This document shows, one piece after another, positions 47,129-58,650 of a DNA stretch of 64,000 bases. The notes below the pieces were generated by a model. It made no database searches. It worked only from the letters and a program-made list of their open reading frames with translations, and was not told the origin of the DNA. How positions within the stretch are numbered: the stretch's first letter is position 1; each line of letters begins with the position of its first letter. Origin of the DNA: Amoebidium appalachense (Eukaryota; Protista; Ichthyosporea). The stretch is from assembly GCA_963693365.1 (NCBI GenBank), contig CAVNZM010000004.1, positions 11,436,468-11,500,467 of the forward strand. The letters are read 5' to 3'. Position numbers and translations under genes: made by a program.

Positions 47129-47603
47129 TCCATACGGGACTCAGCACAATGGAAATTCCGTGTGTCAGCATTACCCTTGTCTTTGCGTTTCCCTAAGCCT
47201 TACATCTATCTTTTACCAATATTGTAGATGTACTCGCAATAACAATCAGTAATCTCTTTATTATTATTCACCCACGGTGTGTTCCGTTTCTCTTCTGCTC
47301 TCCTCTAACCCCTCTGACGGCTCCTTGTCTGGCCTAGAACATCCTCACTTGCTCTATCCTTCTTTCCTTCCTTATCTGCTGGTGTGCTTAGTTGAACTGT
47401 GTAATTATCTGTGTGGTGCGTGTGTGTGTTATTCGGAACACCCCCCTCCCCCTCTCCCCCCTCCCCCCCCCCCCCCCCCCCCCCCCCCCCACACACACAC
47501 CACGTCCTCCAAAACACACACACGCACCACACACACATATCTAGTCTAGACCTCTCCTTTCCTGAATTCCCCTACCCCTCTCTCCCTTTCTCTCGCTCCC
47601 CTT

Positions 47604-47909
47604 TGTCGAACAGGATAGCCATCCGGTATGCCCTGCGTTAGCGTAGCACTAGTGATCGGGAATATTCGAGATATTCGGGATAAACTGGTGGATAGGTTCA
47701 CGATAGATCAGGATAGATCTAGAAGAGTCTAGAAGATTCTATTGGAGTGCTTTGATTGGTAGCGACTAGATCCATAGCGGCGGGTAGACCAATCGGGAAT
47801 AGTATGTAACATTCCAGTGAGCCAGACCACAAGTATATAAAGGTCCCGGCAGGCCAGTCAATGCAAGTCAGCAAATAATAAAGTCTCACAGAGAGACCTC
47901 TAAGTTACG
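47604..47909 (+). repeat. 5' LTR
   Basis: Starts TGTCGAAC and is identical by eye to the 3' LTR except for the last base. Contains CCAAT (47789), TATATAAA (47834) and AATAAA (47877). Confidence 0.96.
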
Positions 47910-47956
47910 GTTACGGACCCAGTACAACGCTACGATCAAGCGACTGTTGAGACAAG

Positions 47957-49309
47957 ATGGGAAGAGCAAAATGTCCAGTTCCCATGTATGAAGGAGAAGG
48001 CAAGGGCAAAATCTCCTACTCAATGTGGGCCATGCGCATGAAGTGCTTCCTCGAGGGCGAGGAATTATGGTACACGATTGAAGACGTGGCTCCTGAAGTG
48101 ATAGGAGAGGACGGCGAACCGGTGGAGCAACCTCCGGTGGAGATCGACCCCTTGGATCAGAAGAAGGCGACTTCCTACCTGGTGGAGACACTAGGTGATG
48201 TACCTGCAAGCCTGTGTCGGCGAGCTATTGCCGTAGGAAATCCCAAGGACATATGGGATACGGTAGCATCATACGCTGCGCGCAACACAGATGAGCACAA
48301 GAGAATGTTGATTCAACAGTTCTGGCGTGCTGATATGATGCCGACGGAAAGCGTGCTGGAGTATGCGGCCCGCCTGGAGTGCATTGTGCAGGATCTTCTT
48401 CATATCGATCCCAATGGAGTTAGTGAGGACATGGTTGCCGAGAAATTCCTGGACGGTGTAGGCGCTGACGACCGATTCCGCACCGACGTTAGGACCATTC
48501 AAGCTTTACCAGCAGCTGAGAAGACAATGGAAAAGATAATCGCCAAGCTGCGTGGTTTTGAGGAGAACGAGGCTGCAAGGGAACAGCAGCGGGTGATGAT
48601 GACCAGCACCCAATGGCGCGGCGGTACGCCACGACAGGACACCGGCAAGCCGCGCGTGACTGACATATCCAAGGTGGAGTGTTACAAATGTCACAAGTTT
48701 GGGCACTACAAGTCACAGTGTCCAAAGAAGAAGAAGGGCGGCAATCGCGGCGACAAGGCGAAGCAGAACGGAGCTTCCAAGGAGATACTCGCCATGGCGG
48801 TAAACAGCGGACTCCCTTCTTCAACTGAGTGGTATTGGGACTGCGGCGCAACCTCCCATGTCACATGCCGAAAGGACTGGATGGAAGACTTCCGGTCGAT
48901 CACACCCAAACCCGTCGCTCTGGGTAACACCCCGGGTGTGATGGCGCTAGGAATAGGCGTCGTAAGATTAACAAGTGAGTTCCAGGGCAACAGCATGACA
49001 TTTAGACTGCAGAATGTGCTGTACGTGCCAGCATTTGGAACTAACGTGATGTCGGCTTCAAGCGCCGGCAAGCACGGGTTAAGAGGCATCACCGACGGTC
49101 GACAGTGTACGATTGAGAGTGCCACAGATGGCCAAGTTGTGGCCCGTGGGGTAGTGGAGGGAGGCCTGTATCGTCTCCTAGTGAAACCCGTATGTGAGAG
49201 CGTGAACATGGTGACCACTGCAGTCGGCAGCAGTGGGGGTAACACCGTGTGTGAGCCGGTAAAGGGCAGCGCCAGTTTATGGCACCGGCGGTTTGGTCAT
49301 TGGCAATAA
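47957..49309 (+). CDS. Copia Gag-protease part of the polyprotein (ends at an apparent 1-nt deletion)
   Basis: Zinc knuckle CYKCHKFGHYKSQC, aspartic protease WYWDCGATSH and LQNVLYVP, GAG-pre-integrase LWHRRFGH. Confidence 0.93.
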   Translation: MGRAKCPVPMYEGEGKGKISYSMWAMRMKCFLEGEELWYTIEDVAPEVIGEDGEPVEQPPVEIDPLDQKKATSYLVETLGDVPASLCRRAIAVGNPKDIWDTVASYAARNTDEHKRMLIQQFWRADMMPTESVLEYAARLECIVQDLLHIDPNGVSEDMVAEKFLDGVGADDRFRTDVRTIQALPAAEKTMEKIIAKLRGFEENEAAREQQRVMMTSTQWRGGTPRQDTGKPRVTDISKVECYKCHKFGHYKSQCPKKKKGGNRGDKAKQNGASKEILAMAVNSGLPSSTEWYWDCGATSHVTCRKDWMEDFRSITPKPVALGNTPGVMALGIGVVRLTSEFQGNSMTFRLQNVLYVPAFGTNVMSASSAGKHGLRGITDGRQCTIESATDGQVVARGVVEGGLYRLLVKPVCESVNMVTTAVGSSGGNTVCEPVKGSASLWHRRFGHWQ

Positions 49310-52092
49310 ACACGCTACAGAAGATGGTTAAAGAAAACATCGTCGAGGGTCTGTGCATCGACTGCAAAACCCAGGATGACGGTGTGTGCGAGGGATGCGC
49401 GAGAGGGAAGCAAGCCCGGCTCTCTTTCAGTAAGCTACCCCGCAAGACAGCGCCAGCGAAGCTCGACAGAGTTCATTCTGATGTGGCAGGACCGTTCAAC
49501 AAGGAGTCGCTGCAAGGTTCCAAGTATTATGTCACCTTCATCGACGACAAGACAAGGTTCACTACGGTGTACTTCATGAAACATAAATCCCAAGTGCATA
49601 CTTACTTCAAGAAGTACAAGGCACACGTAGAGAAGCAACACGGTGCCAGCATCAAGATTCTGCGTTCCGACAACGGGGGTGAGTACACCTCCACTGAGTT
49701 CAAGTCGTTCCTGGAAGCGTGCGGCATTGAACATGAGGCGACAGTCCCTTACACACCAGAGCAGAATGGTGTAGCAGAGAGGGCTAACAGGACCATTGTC
49801 GAGACGGCGCGCTGCATGCTGCAGTCAGCAGGCATGAGTATGGGGTTCTGGCAGCTGGCAGTACAGGCAGCTGTGTACATCAAGAACCTGACGCCAACCA
49901 CAGTACTGGGTGGCATGACACCTTGGGAGGCATGGTATGGAGAGAAGCCCGATGTTAGCCATCTACGTGTATTTGGTAGCAAGGCATTTGTCCATGTGCC
50001 GAAGGACGAGCGCAGGAAGCTAGACGCCAAGAGTCGGGAGTGTAAATTCGTCGGCTACACAGGTGACAGCAAGACGTACTTGTTGTGGGACACCGAGGCG
50101 CGCAAGACTATCGTCGGGCGAGATGTGGTGATCGATGAATCATGGACCCCAAAGGCCGGTATTCCGGTGGTGCAAGATGAGCCAATGGAATTGCTGATGC
50201 ATAAGCCAATCGGAAATCAGCAGAGCTTGGAATCGAGAGATCCAATCAGCGCCAAGAAGCAACATTCCTTTCGGAAGCCTGCAATCGGCACTGACAGTGG
50301 ATATGATTCAGATGCTATCGGCGACGGCGCGGGCGAGGACAGCGGCGATTCGGACGCGGCAGGGTCAGGAGACGAGGAAGATCGTGCAGAGTTGCAGGTT
50401 GCAACCAGAAGTGCCTATCCGTCTATGACTACAAGGCGCGGTGGGACCTACGGCATCAACGCAGGTGTAGTAGAGTACCGCGACAGTATCAGCATGGCAA
50501 TTGAGAGTGCTGATAGCAATGAGGATGACCCTGTGACACTGGAAGAAGCAATCTCCAGGCCAGATGGTGCAAAGTGGAAGGCTGCGCTGGACGAGGAGTA
50601 CGAATCTCTAGTCAAGAATGGGACATGGTCACTGGTGCCACTCCCACCAGGTCGTCGGGCAGTTTCCTTCAAGTGGGTCTTCAAGATGAAACGCAACGCC
50701 GACGGCAGTGTCGAGCGCTACAAGGCCCGTGGTGTGGCCAGGGGCTTCTCACAGCAAGAGGGGATAGACTACGAAGAGACCTTTGCCCCGGTGGCCAAGT
50801 TCACCAGCTTCAGACTTCTCTTCGCTATGGCAGCGGCAGAGAACATGCACCTCACACAAATAGATATCGTCACGGCGTTCCTGAACGGCGACATCAAGGA
50901 AGAGCTGTACATGCAGCAACCGCGTGGGTACGAGGTACCCGGAAAGGAAGACTATGTGTGTCGTTTGCACAAGAGTCTGTATGGCCTCAAGCAAGCAGCA
51001 AGGTGCTGGAATGAGAAGATGCATGAGGCTATGGTCGATCTTGGCTTCACACGTGTGGAAGCTGATCGATGTGTCTACTTCAAGGTCAACGGAAGTGGAA
51101 AGACGGTGGTGGCTGTGCATGTGGACGACATGCTAGTGGCGGCGTCGACAGATGATCTTATTCAAGAATTCGTCAGGCAGGTTGCGACGAAGTTCTCCGT
51201 CAAGGTGATCGGCGAGCCAAAGCTGCTACTCGGTGTGCAGGTCAGTCGTGACGCTGCAACAGGCGATATCAAGTTGTCACAGGAAACGTACATCAAGTCA
51301 TTGATGCGGCGCTTCAACATGGTCGACTGCAAGGCTAAGTCAACACCGCTACCGGAGCGATGTGTGTTGAGCAAGGCCATGAGTCCGGCAAGCGAGGAGG
51401 AGAGAGTGGCGATGCGGCAAGTTCCTTATGCCAGAGCTGTGGGCTCCTTAATGTACGCAATGGTGGCCACCCGGCCAGACATTGCACAAGCAGTGGGGGA
51501 ACTTAGTAAGTTCGTGAGCAACCCGGGACTTCAACACTGGGACGCAGCCAAACATCTTCTCCGGTACCTCAAGGGGACAACCAACTACGGGATTGTCTAC
51601 CGCGGAGGACGAGGAGGGAGTACAACAGTGGGGGGATTCACTGACTCCGATTACGCTGGCAACTCCGACGACCGTAAGTCGACGAGCGGATACATCTTCA
51701 CTGCCAATGGATCTGCCATCAGCTGGGGCAGCAAGCAACAGAAGACTGTGGCTACTTCATCTACAGAGGCGGAGTATATGGCTACGTGCCTGGCAGTCAA
51801 AGAGGCTAAGTGGCTACGACAGCTGCTGGGGCAGCTGGGCTACGATATGAGTGAGGCGACCATCATCTACGCCGACAACCAGGCCAGCATCAAGCTTGCA
51901 AGGAACCCGATGCTCCATAACAGGAGCAAACACATCGACGTTCAGTACCACTACACCCGTGAGTGTGTGGAGAATGGGGATGTAGAACTTGTGTATTGCA
52001 GCACGAACAGTAACGTGGCCGACATGTGCACCAAAGCTTTAGGGAGACTTAAGTTGGTGCAGCATCGGCAGGCCATCGGCATGGCTGAGTAA
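49301..52092 (+). CDS. Copia integrase-reverse transcriptase-RNase H part of the polyprotein
   Basis: CEGC; DDE motifs VHSDV, SDNGGEY and NGVAER; RT QIDIVTAFLNG, LYGLKQA and VHVDDML; RNase H FTDSDYAG, SSTEAEY, DNQAS and VADMCTK. Confidence 0.95.
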
Positions 52093-52225
52093 GAACTACA
52101 AATAGTGTAGTGTTAATGTTCGTGTAGTAGGTGTTATATGTGTTAGTATAGTAGCATAGTTTTAGAGTTGCATCTTAGGTTTAGGTTGCATGCGGTACAT
52201 AGATAGAACACAGTGCAAGTGGGGG

Positions 52226-52531
52226 TGTCGAACAGGATAGCCATCCGGTATGCCCTGCGTTAGCGTAGCACTAGTGATCGGGAATATTCGAGATATTCGG
52301 GATAAACTGGTGGATAGGTTCACGATAGATCAGGATAGATCTAGAAGAGTCTAGAAGATTCTATTGGAGTGCTTTGATTGGTAGCGACTAGATCCATAGC
52401 GGCGGGTAGACCAATCGGGAATAGTATGTAACATTCCAGTGAGCCAGACCACAAGTATATAAAGGTCCCGGCAGGCCAGTCAATGCAAGTCAGCAAATAA
52501 TAAAGTCTCACAGAGAGACCTCTAAGTTACA
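52226..52531 (+). repeat. 3' LTR
   Basis: TG...CA termini, preceded by the polypurine tract and followed by the TSD. Confidence 0.96.
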
Positions 52532-53484
52532 CCCTTCCTCCCCCCCCCCTCCCCCTCCCCCTCCCCCTCCACCTCACCTCCCCCCCCCCCCCCCCCTTTG
52601 TTGCTTATTTTTGAAAAGATTACAAAACATGTATGATATTAATAGAAATGATGAATTGTGTTGACACCGTTGAATGCCTTTGAGCTATTATTACGTAGGC
52701 AAATGAAGTTGAATCGAAGTTTGACAAAAATTTGTTTCAGGTGAATGGAATCGAAGTTTTACATGTATTGGTTTCTTGTATTTAAGGTGATACGTATGGA
52801 ACAGATGTGTGTGCATTGTGTATCTGGTTTAATATAATTATTAGAATAATTAGTTTGTGAACGTTTTTTCTTTGCAGGTGCATTGCACAGGACCGGAGAC
52901 AGAGTAACAGGACTCCGTGTGCAAGATATGTAGGTGATAGTGGTCGTGAAAATTTGGTGGTGTATGCTGGTCTATTATTAGGTGTTTATTGGTGAAAGTA
53001 TGTTTAAAGGAATGTGTCCCTGCAGAGCAGGCACCAACTCAAGTAACCCCGTGCTGGTGCTGATAAAGGCGACGTTGGCATAAGAATATGCCTAATATCA
53101 ACAGACATGAAGTATAATAGTTCTGGGATGAAGCTATAAAATGATGCACCTCGGCGGGCACGGTGCATGTATACGAATATTTTTCGTATTCACGAGTTCA
53201 CCGAAGCATGCGCATACCCTTCATCCAGAACAAGATTTCTGACCGGGAACATGGTATGCACGGTATGTGTGCGCATGTGATTACCCAGGGCCAATCTCTA
53301 CAAAGGAACACAGATGCTATTTTATTATTATTATTATTGTTATTATTATTTGCCAGCTGGTTGCGAGACCACGAAGGCTGCCACCGGACGCCCACGCAGT
53401 TTGCTTGTTTTGAAGTTTGCCTGTTTGCAACTGAGTGACCAGTCGGGGTTTGAAATTGCAGTTCACACGGGCATGATCAGGGTT

Positions 53485-53617
53485 TTAATACCAACCACCT
53501 CCCTTTTTAGGGCGACATGGCGTCATGATCATGGAATTTGTGCACAGAATGACGTCACAAATGTGGCTCGCCGCCCAGCAGTTAAAATGGAAGTAGCAGA
53601 GGACGAGGTTGCTTTAA
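53485..53617. mobile_element. Internally deleted copy of the TTAA MITE
   Basis: A left-end remnant TTAATACCAACCAC is joined to about 115 bp matching the right half of the 11333-11572 element, and it ends GCT-TTAA. Confidence 0.75.
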
Positions 53618-53845
53618 ATCCGTATGAGGGACGCTACAAATCAGGCACATCCTGCACAGGGCCAATCACTACAAAGGTGTACGAAAGTTATTTCATTACA
53701 GCTGACTTGGTGGGTGCCTATTCAGAGCCCCCCTACATGCCCTGGCTTACATGTATTGTAATTAGTGGGTGTCATACGATTTACTTGCATCAAACCCCCT
53801 TGCTGATAGGTCGCACTCCCCACATTCCTGCGGATGCTGTATAAG

Positions 53846-53946
53846 CCAATCAGATGTCGTTACCTGTTTCCATCAGATCCATCTGGTCCAGGGAGCCAAT
53901 CAAATGCCTGCAGTGGCAGTCAGTTAAGGCTCGAGCAAGTATAAAA
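53846..53946 (+). promoter_or_regulatory. Two CCAAT boxes and a TATA-like box upstream of the TSP1 gene
   Basis: GCCAATC at about 53845 and 53895, and TATAAAA at 53940-53946, about 110 nt before the ATG at 54055. Confidence 0.45.
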
Positions 53947-54054
53947 TCAGAGGCAGCCGCCGCAGTGCAGCCACAGTGTGGGTTGCACATTGCTTCATTG
54001 CAGCAACCAACCCAGCCAAGTACCCCACAACGTTGTATGTTACGGTCGCTGACG

Positions 54055-57000
54055 ATGAAGTGTGGCGTGCTCCTCTTCCTTGCCGGCACATTTGCTCTGG
54101 CGGCCGGCCAGGCCCCCCCAGCCGGCGACCTGCTCGCGGCGACTGCTGCGGCGGACAGTGACGTCATCATGGCCCTCGACACAGCGGCGGCCAGCGACCC
54201 GGAGGTTGCGGCGGGGGAGGACGGGGCAGAGCTCGAGGCCACGGCCACAGTGAGCGTTGGCAACGAGAACATGCGGCCCGATAGAGACACGCTCTTCCCG
54301 GCGCCAGAGTCTGACAACACAGACGCCGTGAGGCCGACAGATGCCACCGAGGGCCTTGCTGACGAGACGATGGCCATGGATATGGCTGCCTCCACACAAG
54401 GTGGGCACTCATGTGTGTTTGCCACGCCTGTGGTGGCTTATCTGTGTCGATTTGTGTGTGCAGGAAGTCCTTGATTTTGTGTGACTACCTAACAAGGTGT
54501 CGTCAGCCGGATTCGATCATAACTTATTGATTTTGCTATGACCTGATGTAACACTGTTTTTTTTGTTTTGGTGAGGTGTACATGTAATGTATTCAATCAA
54601 CTCTCCATCCACCAATCTTTTTTCCACAAAATGATGACTGATTTTTCAGTGGTGTTCCCCTATTTATTTCGATGCATGAAGCACCATCTTACAGGATGTG
54701 GTTTCTTCTTCTCTCCCCTAGATTATCCTGCACCTTTAAAGGACCCAACCGCATCGGCAGAGTCAACTTGCAAAAAGCAGAATTAATCTCCAAAAGCGGA
54801 ATTATTCTGCAAAAAGCAGTACTATTCTGCACAAACAGAATCACTCTGCTTTTAGCAGAATCACTCTGCTTTTAGCAGAATCACTCTGCTTTTAGCAGAG
54901 TTATTCTGCTTTTAGCAGATTGAAACTCCTTTTATCAGATTGAGCCTGCTTTTAGCAGAGTGATTCTTGCTGCTTGCAGAGTGATCAGCTGCTTTTAGCA
55001 GATTGAATCTGCTTTTGCAGAATAATTTTGCTTTTCGCAGAATGGTTCTGCTTTTTGCAGAATAATTCTGCTTATTGCAGAATAATCTAGCCCAGAGCAA
55101 GTTGACTCAGCTGATAACGGTTGGGCCCTCTTTTTCTTTCATTGCGCACTGAACTGGTGTTTAAGTGACGGGCGGGTTTGTGATGCAATCTAATTCTTAT
55201 TGACTTCTATCGCAACACCCTCCTCTCCCCACCACAGCTGCACCCCTGGGCGCACCGATGATGATGCTGGGAGCCGGGCAGCATGTGGACGGTGGGTGGA
55301 GCAGCTGGGCGGTGTCGGGGCAGTGTAGCGTGGCCTGTGGGGGGGGCTACCGCATGCTGACCCGCACCTGCACCCGGCCAAAGCCCGCAAACGGCGGCAA
55401 GCCCTGTGCCGGGCCCAGCAGCACGCCCTCCAAGAACCAGGCCTACAGATGCAACACCGCCCCCTGCCGTACGTGCCCCCTGCACACACAGATGCTCCCG
55501 GTGACTCCAGCCTGTGACTATGCTTGGTGTCGCTTGCACACACCCAGGGGCACACGCACACGTGTAGCTATACTTAGTTAATGATTACATAGCATTCAAG
55601 CCCCGGTCCCTAACATCATTACTGTTATTTGAACATTTACCCGTCCACCCTTTTCGAATTTCATCAGTATTGGCATGCCAGCTACCTCTGTCTGCTCTAG
55701 CTCAGCCCCCTCCTCCCCCCCCCCCTCTCCCCCTCCCTCCCCCCGGAAAAAACAAACTCACTGACCCCCCCTCTCTTTCCCCCCAGCCAAGCGCAATGGC
55801 GGGTGGAGCGCATGGACCGTGGGTGCCTGCAGCAAGCCGTGTGGCAGTGGCGTGCGCACGCTGACCCGCACGTGCACCAACCCGTCCCCCACCTACGGTG
55901 GCGCCACCTGCCCGGGCATAGCCCGCACCACCCAGCCCTGCAACACTGCCGCGTGCCGTGAGTCAACCACACCCCCCCCCAACCAATCACACATCTCCAC
56001 CCCCCCCCCCCCCCCCCCTCCCTGGCCACCTCGTAACCCAGCACACCACTCCCCCAACCCCCAGCCACCTTGCAGCCAGCCACACCACCTTTTCCCTTTG
56101 TTCACTTCAAAGCCCTTTCCCCTCCTCCCCCACCATGACACCCACAAGCCTTTCTCAGTACACAACCACTGCACCCAGAAATCTTTACGCTCCTCCCCCT
56201 CCCCAGTACACACCCCCTGCCTGCTGCCCACCCAAGCTGGCCACCGCAGCTAGTAACCCCGCAGCAATCAACGGCAACTGGGCTGGGTGGGTTGCCGGCG
56301 GCAGCTGCAGTCGGTCGTGTGGAGGCGGTGTGCGGCCAGCCAGCCGCAGCTGCAGCAATCCGGCCCCCAAGTTCGGCGGCAAGACCTGTGCCGGCCCGGC
56401 CACCACCACCCTCCCCTGCAACACCCAGGCCTGCCGTATGCCCCCCAGCCCCCCCGAGCACCATAAGCACATGCCCTGCTCTCTGGTGCCTTGCCCACAC
56501 TCAGAGTTACTTAGAGCGTGAATCACTGTGACACCCTTGATGAACACTTGAAGTCGTCAGACAAGCAAGGAACATGGCCACTGCCTACCTGTATCCCCCG
56601 TACATCTCGAATTGTCTATTCATATGCTGTTCATCCAAACCTGTCCCACTTCTTCCCACACATCAAACGTGCCACAAGACAAAGCACATCTATGCCACAC
56701 ACATGCACGGATATCCACTGACTAACTCGGCAGCGAGGCCCGACCCCATCAACGGGGCCTGGAGCGATTGGGGACAGGCAACAGTGTGCAGCGCCACGTG
56801 TGGGGGGGGGGCACGCAGACACGCAGCCGCACGTGCACACGGCCGGCGCCTGCCTGGGGGGGAGACATCTGCAGCGGCCCGGCTACAGTGGCCATCCCCT
56901 GCAACACAACCCCGTGCCGTACGTGTCCTCTATCCACATCCCACACATCCCACACATACCACACCTATCCCCTGTTGCCACCTGTCAGTCACCCCGCACC

Positions 57001-58394
57001 ATCACTTTGACACTGCACCCTGCCACTCTCCCCAATTCCAACAAAGTCATCGCGGCCCTATTGCACACACCCCTCTCGAATCATTGCCCCTGCTACCGAC
57101 TACCTGTGTCGTGTATTGCTCTGAAACCCCCTCCGTCCCCTCCCAATCTGCCCCCCTCCCCCCCCCCCCCCCCCCCCCCGCCCCCCGTCTGGCCATATGC
57201 CCCGTCCCCCCCCCCTTCCCCCCCCCCCCCCCCCCCCCCCCCCCCGGCGCCCGCCCAACAGACACAACTTTAACCCCAACTAACGCCCACCCACATGCAG
57301 CCGTCAACGGGGGCTGGAGCGTGTGGAGCCCCGAGGGCCCGTGCAATGCCACGTGTGGGGGGGGCCTTGCCGTGCGCACCCGCACGTGCACACAGCCACC
57401 CCCCCAGTACGGGGGCTTGCCCTGTGACGGCTCCCCCCTGGCTTACTCGCCCTGCAACACTGACCCCTGCCGTAAGCAACCCATACCCCCCTGCCCGCCT
57501 CCCCCGCCTCCCCCCCCCCCCTCCCAAAAAAAAAAAAAAAAAAAAAAAAAACCCACCCCTCTTCTCTCCCCCCACCTTCTCCGCACCTTCTCCCCCTTCC
57601 ATAACCCCTCCCCCCTCCCCAACTCTAATCCCTCCCGCTTCTCGTGACCAACCTCGCCTTCTACTGTGCTCACACACACTGGATTCGGCCATGCCTTTTC
57701 TTCCCCTCCATCCATCCACGGGTTCTGTGCACGTTGCCTTGGTCTTTACCCCGGAGTGGGATACAGGCTCTCCACCTCTCCTATCACACGAGCATACACA
57801 AACATAGCACCCGGTTTGGACATCAAACATAAGCCTCTCATCCAACCCTCCAGTGCGATCTAACCCCCCCCCCCCCCCCCCCCCGGCCCCCCTCGCGCCC
57901 CCCCTCCCCCCCCCCCCCTTCCCCTCCCCCCCGCCCAGCGCCCATTAATGGCGGGTGGACGGCATGGGCCAGCACGGGCTGCCAGCACCGCACGTGCATG
58001 CAGAGGATCCAGCGCACGTGCACAAACCCCCGCCCCCAGTACGGGGGGGCAGCGTGTGCCGGCAACAGCTACTACGACACACCTTGCAACGAGACTTGCC
58101 GTACGTGTCCCCCTAGAGTGTACCTCCTAGACCACAGCTGTCTTTGCTGCACTCACCGTGTGCTATTTGTCGCTGCAAGAAGATGACTGGCGCATTATCA
58201 TTCACCCGTGACATGCCCACATGCCCATGCCCACACACACCACCTTTCAGGCACATGCTTTCTCAGTGCCCGCATAAGTTACCTCTGTAACCTTGGTTGT
58301 AAAACGTCATCTTAAACCAACCCCGACACACACACACACACACACACAGACCCGATATCCTTTTCCACTGAACGAAGACCAAGGGGGAAGGAGC

Positions 58395-58426
<32 letters not shown>

Positions 58427-58556
58427 CTTTCCCCCTTCAGCCGGCACATAACCACATGCCCACCCTCATGGGTCATGTGCGCACAAACTAACTACTGCCA
58501 CTGCAACCCTCGAGCATTGCACCACTACGGTGCTATCTTCCGCAGGTGGATGATCG

Positions 58557-58599
<43 letters not shown>

Positions 58600-58611
58600 A
58601 CTCACACGCAC

Positions 58612-58650
<39 letters not shown>

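Larger units (their letters stand above)
47604..52531 (+). mobile_element. Full-length Ty1/Copia LTR retrotransposon (4928 bp)
   Basis: Two 306-bp LTRs flanked by a 5-bp TSD CCCTT (47599-47603 and 52532-52536). A PBS follows the 5' LTR and a PPT-like AAGTGGGGG lies at 52217-52225. Domain order gag-PR-IN-RT-RNaseH. Confidence 0.98.

Noticed and set aside
54770-55090. CRISPR-like array
   Set aside because: There are no unique spacers and no cas genes, it is eukaryotic intron context, and the units lie within TIRs. The same applies to 59275-59610 apart from the TIRs.
58441-58545. TAA stop-codon reassignment (in-frame TAA in an exon-like segment; host genes end in TAG/TGA)
   Set aside because: No in-frame TAA occurs in any conserved exon of EED, ANKRD13, OsmC or the ankyrin gene, and the Copia pol ends in TAA.
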